64,000 nucleotides of DNA from an uncultured Candidatus Entotheonella sp. (GTDB lineage Bacteria; Tectomicrobia; Entotheonellia; Entotheonellales; Entotheonellaceae). The position numbers and the translations under genes are program-made. The notes beneath the pieces were generated by a model, which saw only the letters and a list, made by a program, of their open reading frames with translations, made no database searches and was not told the origin of the DNA. Shown here in pieces: positions 60,652 through 64,000 of the stretch. The stretch covers positions 3,232,001-3,296,000 of the forward strand of contig OZ244252.1 of the NCBI GenBank assembly GCA_965217185.1, given 5' to 3'. Every line of letters begins with the position of its first letter. The stretch's first letter is position 1.

Positions 60652-62562
60652 TCACGTAAACAGGACGTACTGGCGGAGAAAGGCATCCACCGCGCCGTAG
60701 AAATGCGCGATGGTTTCGGTCTTGCGCCAGCCGTGTCCCTCGCCGGCGTAGACATGGTAAACATGCGGCACGCTGCGGCTCACCAGGGAGGCGACGATTG
60801 CGTCGGCCTGCGCCTTGGGCACCACTTGGTCGATCTCGCCCTGAAACACCGCCACGGGGTCGCGAATGGCTTCGGCGGCGAACAGGGGCGAGCGTTCGCG
60901 GTACAAGCCGGCCGCTTGCGGCAGCGGGCCGATCAACTGGTCGAGGTAATGCGCCTCGAATTTGTGGGTCGTGGCCACCAGGGCGAACAGGTCTGAAATA
61001 CCGTACATGCTGATGCCGGCTCTGAAGAAACCGACATGGTTCACCAATGCTTGCAGGACCGTATAACCTCCGGCGCTGCCGCCCATGATGACCAGCTTGC
61101 CGCCGTCCACCCATCCCTGCTCGACGAGATGACCCGCCCCGCTGATCGCGTCTTCGATGTCGTAAACGCCCCAGGTGCCGCGCAGCGCCTCAGTGTAATC
61201 CCGGCCGTAGCCCGTGCTGCCGCGGTAATTGACCTGCAGCACGGCGTAACCGCGCGTGGTGAAAAACTGCGTTGCCGGGTGAAAGCTTGCCACCGCTTGC
61301 GAGGTGGGGCCGCCGTGAATAGAGACAATCGCGGGTGGCAGGCCGATGCCCTGGAAGCGGGTGCTGCTCGGCGGGTAGAAGAGGCCGTGCACCGTTGTGC
61401 CGCCGGGGGTCGGCCATGACACCGCCTGTGGCCGCGAGAATTCCTGCTCGGGAACACTTTCCGAGGCACTGCGTTTGCGCACGCGGGCGGCTTGGGGATT
61501 GTCGAGGGGCAGGGTAATGATCCGCGCCGGTAGCGTACTGGACGAGGCGATACACGCCAGCATATCTCGGGTCGGAGACAAGGCCGGTTGTTCGAGATAC
61601 GTGTAGGTCTCCAGGCCGGCATGATGGTCGGCAGCCGTGTCGCGTTGCAGGTCGTAGCGCCAAAGCCGCCGGAAGCCCGCTTCGTTGCGCACGTAGTACA
61701 GGGCGCTGCCGTCGGGCGCAAAGCCGTGCGTGCGGGTGCCCTGTTGCCAGGCCGGTTGCCCCACGTCGGCGCCATCGGCTGTCAGCATGCGGTGACGGTC
61801 GTCGTGCAGGTCGTACAGGTAGAGATTGCTCCATCCCGTTGCGTTGGATACATAGGCCAGACTGCAGCCATCCGGCGAAAACGCCGGTTGAAAGACAGCC
61901 GTCGTTTCGTCCCCGGCCAGCGTTTGTACGTCTCCCAGACGGGGAACACCGTCGCTGCCGGGTTGCACCGTACCCATCTTGAGCAGCGATCCGTCCCACG
62001 GCATCCGCGGATGGTTCCACTCCACCCAGGCGATTCGGTTTCCCTGCGGGTGCCAGCACGGCTGCATGTAGAAATCCGCGCCCGCCGCCAATTTCTGCGG
62101 CCACGCCTGCCCGCCGGCATCCACGACCGCCAGGCAATCCACGTCCTCATACGTGTGGACGAAGACCATCCAACGCCGGTCCGGCGACACTGTGGGCGCC
62201 GCGGCGTATCCGAACGCCGGCGTCAACGGCTCGGCAGGCCCGCCGGCCAAGGGTTGCCGGTAAAGCCGCCCACTCGCCTCGCTAAAATAGACCCAGCCGC
62301 TCGCCACGCCAAAGTCACCGCCCCCGTAGCCGACCCGTGCGCGCACCGACAACGTCGTCGTCAAATCCCGCGGCGCTTCCTCACCCGCCGGCAAGCATAC
62401 CAGAACCCCGCGGTCCGAGCGGCCCTCCAGCCACACCAGGGTCTCCCCGTCGCTGTCCCACGCCACATCCGAAAGCCGCAACCCTTCCGCCAGACTCTGC
62501 GGCGCAACAAGGCTTGGCCACAAGCCGTACTGCATCGACCGTTTCTGCTGGATGTCTGACAT
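60652..62562 (-). CDS. S9 family peptidase (dipeptidyl aminopeptidase/acylaminoacyl peptidase)
   Basis: HGGPT, NYRGSTGYG, GGSAGG nucleophile, FQG..D, GEGHG. Confidence 0.92.
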   Translation of the reverse strand: MSDIQQKRSMQYGLWPSLVAPQSLAEGLRLSDVAWDSDGETLVWLEGRSDRGVLVCLPAGEEAPRDLTTTLSVRARVGYGGGDFGVASGWVYFSEASGRLYRQPLAGGPAEPLTPAFGYAAAPTVSPDRRWMVFVHTYEDVDCLAVVDAGGQAWPQKLAAGADFYMQPCWHPQGNRIAWVEWNHPRMPWDGSLLKMGTVQPGSDGVPRLGDVQTLAGDETTAVFQPAFSPDGCSLAYVSNATGWSNLYLYDLHDDRHRMLTADGADVGQPAWQQGTRTHGFAPDGSALYYVRNEAGFRRLWRYDLQRDTAADHHAGLETYTYLEQPALSPTRDMLACIASSSTLPARIITLPLDNPQAARVRKRSASESVPEQEFSRPQAVSWPTPGGTTVHGLFYPPSSTRFQGIGLPPAIVSIHGGPTSQAVASFHPATQFFTTRGYAVLQVNYRGSTGYGRDYTEALRGTWGVYDIEDAISGAGHLVEQGWVDGGKLVIMGGSAGGYTVLQALVNHVGFFRAGISMYGISDLFALVATTHKFEAHYLDQLIGPLPQAAGLYRERSPLFAAEAIRDPVAVFQGEIDQVVPKAQADAIVASLVSRSVPHVYHVYAGEGHGWRKTETIAHFYGAVDAFLRQYVLFT

Positions 62563-62707
62563 CGTTCCTCCACAACCTATCCGTTATGTTGAATCTACCG
62601 CACTGGCCTTGTTCCTTCAGCCTTGACCGGTTGTTTTGGGAATTTCGGGATGAACGGCGACATCAATCTCTTTCCTGCGCGGATAATCGTCGTGAACTCG
62701 TTTTTCA

Positions 62708-62935
62708 TCATTCACCTGCCTGAATCAGTTCTTCAACCGTAAGCCCTATATCTCTTGCGATTTGCCGCAAAAGAATCGGCGAAATGTCTCTTCCTTTATG
62801 AAAGGGAACCGTTGTCGCTCTTCCGTCCGCATGACGGTATTGTTTATGCGAGCCTCTTTGGCGGACTTCCCGAAACCCCAACGCAGCAAGTAAACGAACC
62901 ACTTCCCCAAGTTTGAGCACCGGCACTTTGGGCAT
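62708..62935 (-). CDS. hicA: HicA family mRNA interferase toxin
   Basis: LGF..VRQRGSH..Y.H.DGR.TTVP.H. Confidence 0.9.
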   Translation of the reverse strand: MPKVPVLKLGEVVRLLAALGFREVRQRGSHKQYRHADGRATTVPFHKGRDISPILLRQIARDIGLTVEELIQAGE

Positions 62936-63144
62936 TATGGGACTTCAATTTGTTGAATGCCGACAAACTCGGAGTCAATAGATGGCCCAGTGCCATCTTC
63001 CATAAGCATTGTGATCACTTCTTTCAGGTGTTCGTTCAGTTCATCCAAGGTTTCGCCTTGGGAGTGCGCACCAGGAAAGCCGGGCACATACCCGACATAC
63101 AACCCGGTCTCCTTGCAGCATTCCACAATAGCCGTAACTCTCAT
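62935..63144 (-). CDS. hicB: Short HicB family antitoxin (no DNA-binding domain)
   Basis: YVGYVPGFPGAHSQGETLDEL; GAAGGGAAG RBS before ATG 63144. Confidence 0.88.
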   Translation of the reverse strand: MRVTAIVECCKETGLYVGYVPGFPGAHSQGETLDELNEHLKEVITMLMEDGTGPSIDSEFVGIQQIEVP

Positions 63145-63190
63145 TTGCTTCCCTTCTCTCCAGTTTATACGCAGGATCGTCTCTGCACGT

Positions 63191-63808
63191 TCAGAGCGGC
63201 AGGCCGTCCGCCGAAAAACGCGAGGCACCAAGCGCCATGAGGTGGGCATTGTACGGCGAGTCCAAAGCGAGGACCGGCTTGCGGCTTGTCAGAGCATGCT
63301 TGCACAGCGCCTCGGTCTTGCCGTTTTGTTGGGCGTATGCCACGAGGATACGATTGGAAACGGCAGCAACGTAAGCGTTTCGCTTGGCTACGATGGCCGC
63401 GGTCGGTCGACGGATGTTGTCGTCGAAAAAGGAAAGGATCAACAAACGCCCATCCGTCAACGGAGCGCGCCAGATTTTCGGAACGCGCATGTTGCCAAGA
63501 CCCCGTGCCGGACAGATAACAACGCGGACCCGCCCCCATAGCAGCACGTCCAGAAACTCCTTTTCCATCGGCGACTGAAACCCGCCGATGAGCGTTATGT
63601 CGGTTCCCCGAAGGGCTTTGGCGAGGTCGTAGGTCTTCAGAATAATGTCGCCCGGACAACGCACCGAGCAGAAGAAACCGGTCAGGACGCCGTCAAGTAG
63701 GGCGAGGTCTCCCAGCACAGTGGTCGCAGGCGTGCTGACGGCATTAAAGCAATGCTGCAACACGGCCGGCGTGTCCGGCAGCCCCGGTTCATAGCGCCTG
63801 GCTGTCAA
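63191..63808 (-). CDS. DprA/Smf-like SLOG (Rossmann) domain protein
   Basis: FFCS.RCPG, IGGFQSPME, ICPARG, RNAYVAA, A..GKT. Confidence 0.72.
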   Translation of the reverse strand: MTARRYEPGLPDTPAVLQHCFNAVSTPATTVLGDLALLDGVLTGFFCSVRCPGDIILKTYDLAKALRGTDITLIGGFQSPMEKEFLDVLLWGRVRVVICPARGLGNMRVPKIWRAPLTDGRLLILSFFDDNIRRPTAAIVAKRNAYVAAVSNRILVAYAQQNGKTEALCKHALTSRKPVLALDSPYNAHLMALGASRFSADGLPL

Positions 63809-63999
63809 TCGTGTACGTCCGGTTTGGTGCGTTCAATGCAAAGTCCAGGCTGACGTAGTTCGTCAATGGCCGCTTCAAATCCGTCATCTTCCTCTCCCGG
63901 CCATGTGCCAAAAAGCGTTCGCATGTGTATCAGCGGGCGGACGTTCTGAGACTTTGCCAACTCGTCAAGCGTCGGCGATTCCCAAAAGCTCTGCGTAAT
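63805..63999 (-). CDS. 3' end of a hypothetical protein (partial)
   Basis: Open frame ITQSFWESPTLDELAKSQ..GTWPGEEDDGFEAAIDELR..; its TGA overlaps the next start. Confidence 0.55.
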   Translation of the reverse strand: MTQSFWESPTLDELAKSQNVRPLIHMRTLFGTWPGEEDDGFEAAIDELRQPGLCIERTKPDVHD

Positions 64000-64000
64000 C

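Overview
GC-rich bacterial chromosome segment; the 16S sequence and gene content suggest a lineage such as Tectomicrobia/Entotheonella, but I cannot verify this here. The left part (1-31 kb) is metabolic and transport genes: lysA, a peptide/nickel-type ABC system, a xanthine-dehydrogenase-family molybdoenzyme, a TRAP transporter, phoX, a porin, a CbbQ/NorQ ATPase plus vWA pair, coaE, rph, and a LysR-controlled His-rich unknown protein. Two families of palindromic repeats are scattered through it. Between tRNA-Pro(UGG) at 31.2 kb and a convergent 16S-23S-5S rRNA operon (40.7-45.6 kb, minus strand) lies a ~9.3 kb pile of mobile elements: an integrase remnant, a dead IS5, three pieces of a second IS, a Tn3-family end with a toxin-antitoxin pair, and a group II twintron. 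The main observation is a five-layer nest. An IS is cut by a Tn3-family 38-bp terminal inverted repeat. That repeat is split 31+7 bp by an RT-encoding group II intron (33492-37432). Domain III of that intron is split by a second RT-encoding intron (33887-35911). The predicted EBS1 loops suggest the inner intron homes into the conserved domain III motif of other introns and the outer one into Tn3/Tn21-type inverted repeats. The right part (46-64 kb) holds RNA methyltransferases, catabolic genes, orphan dppD/F ATPases, a Zn alcohol/formaldehyde dehydrogenase, hemD, an S9 peptidase, hicBA and a DprA/SLOG-like gene.
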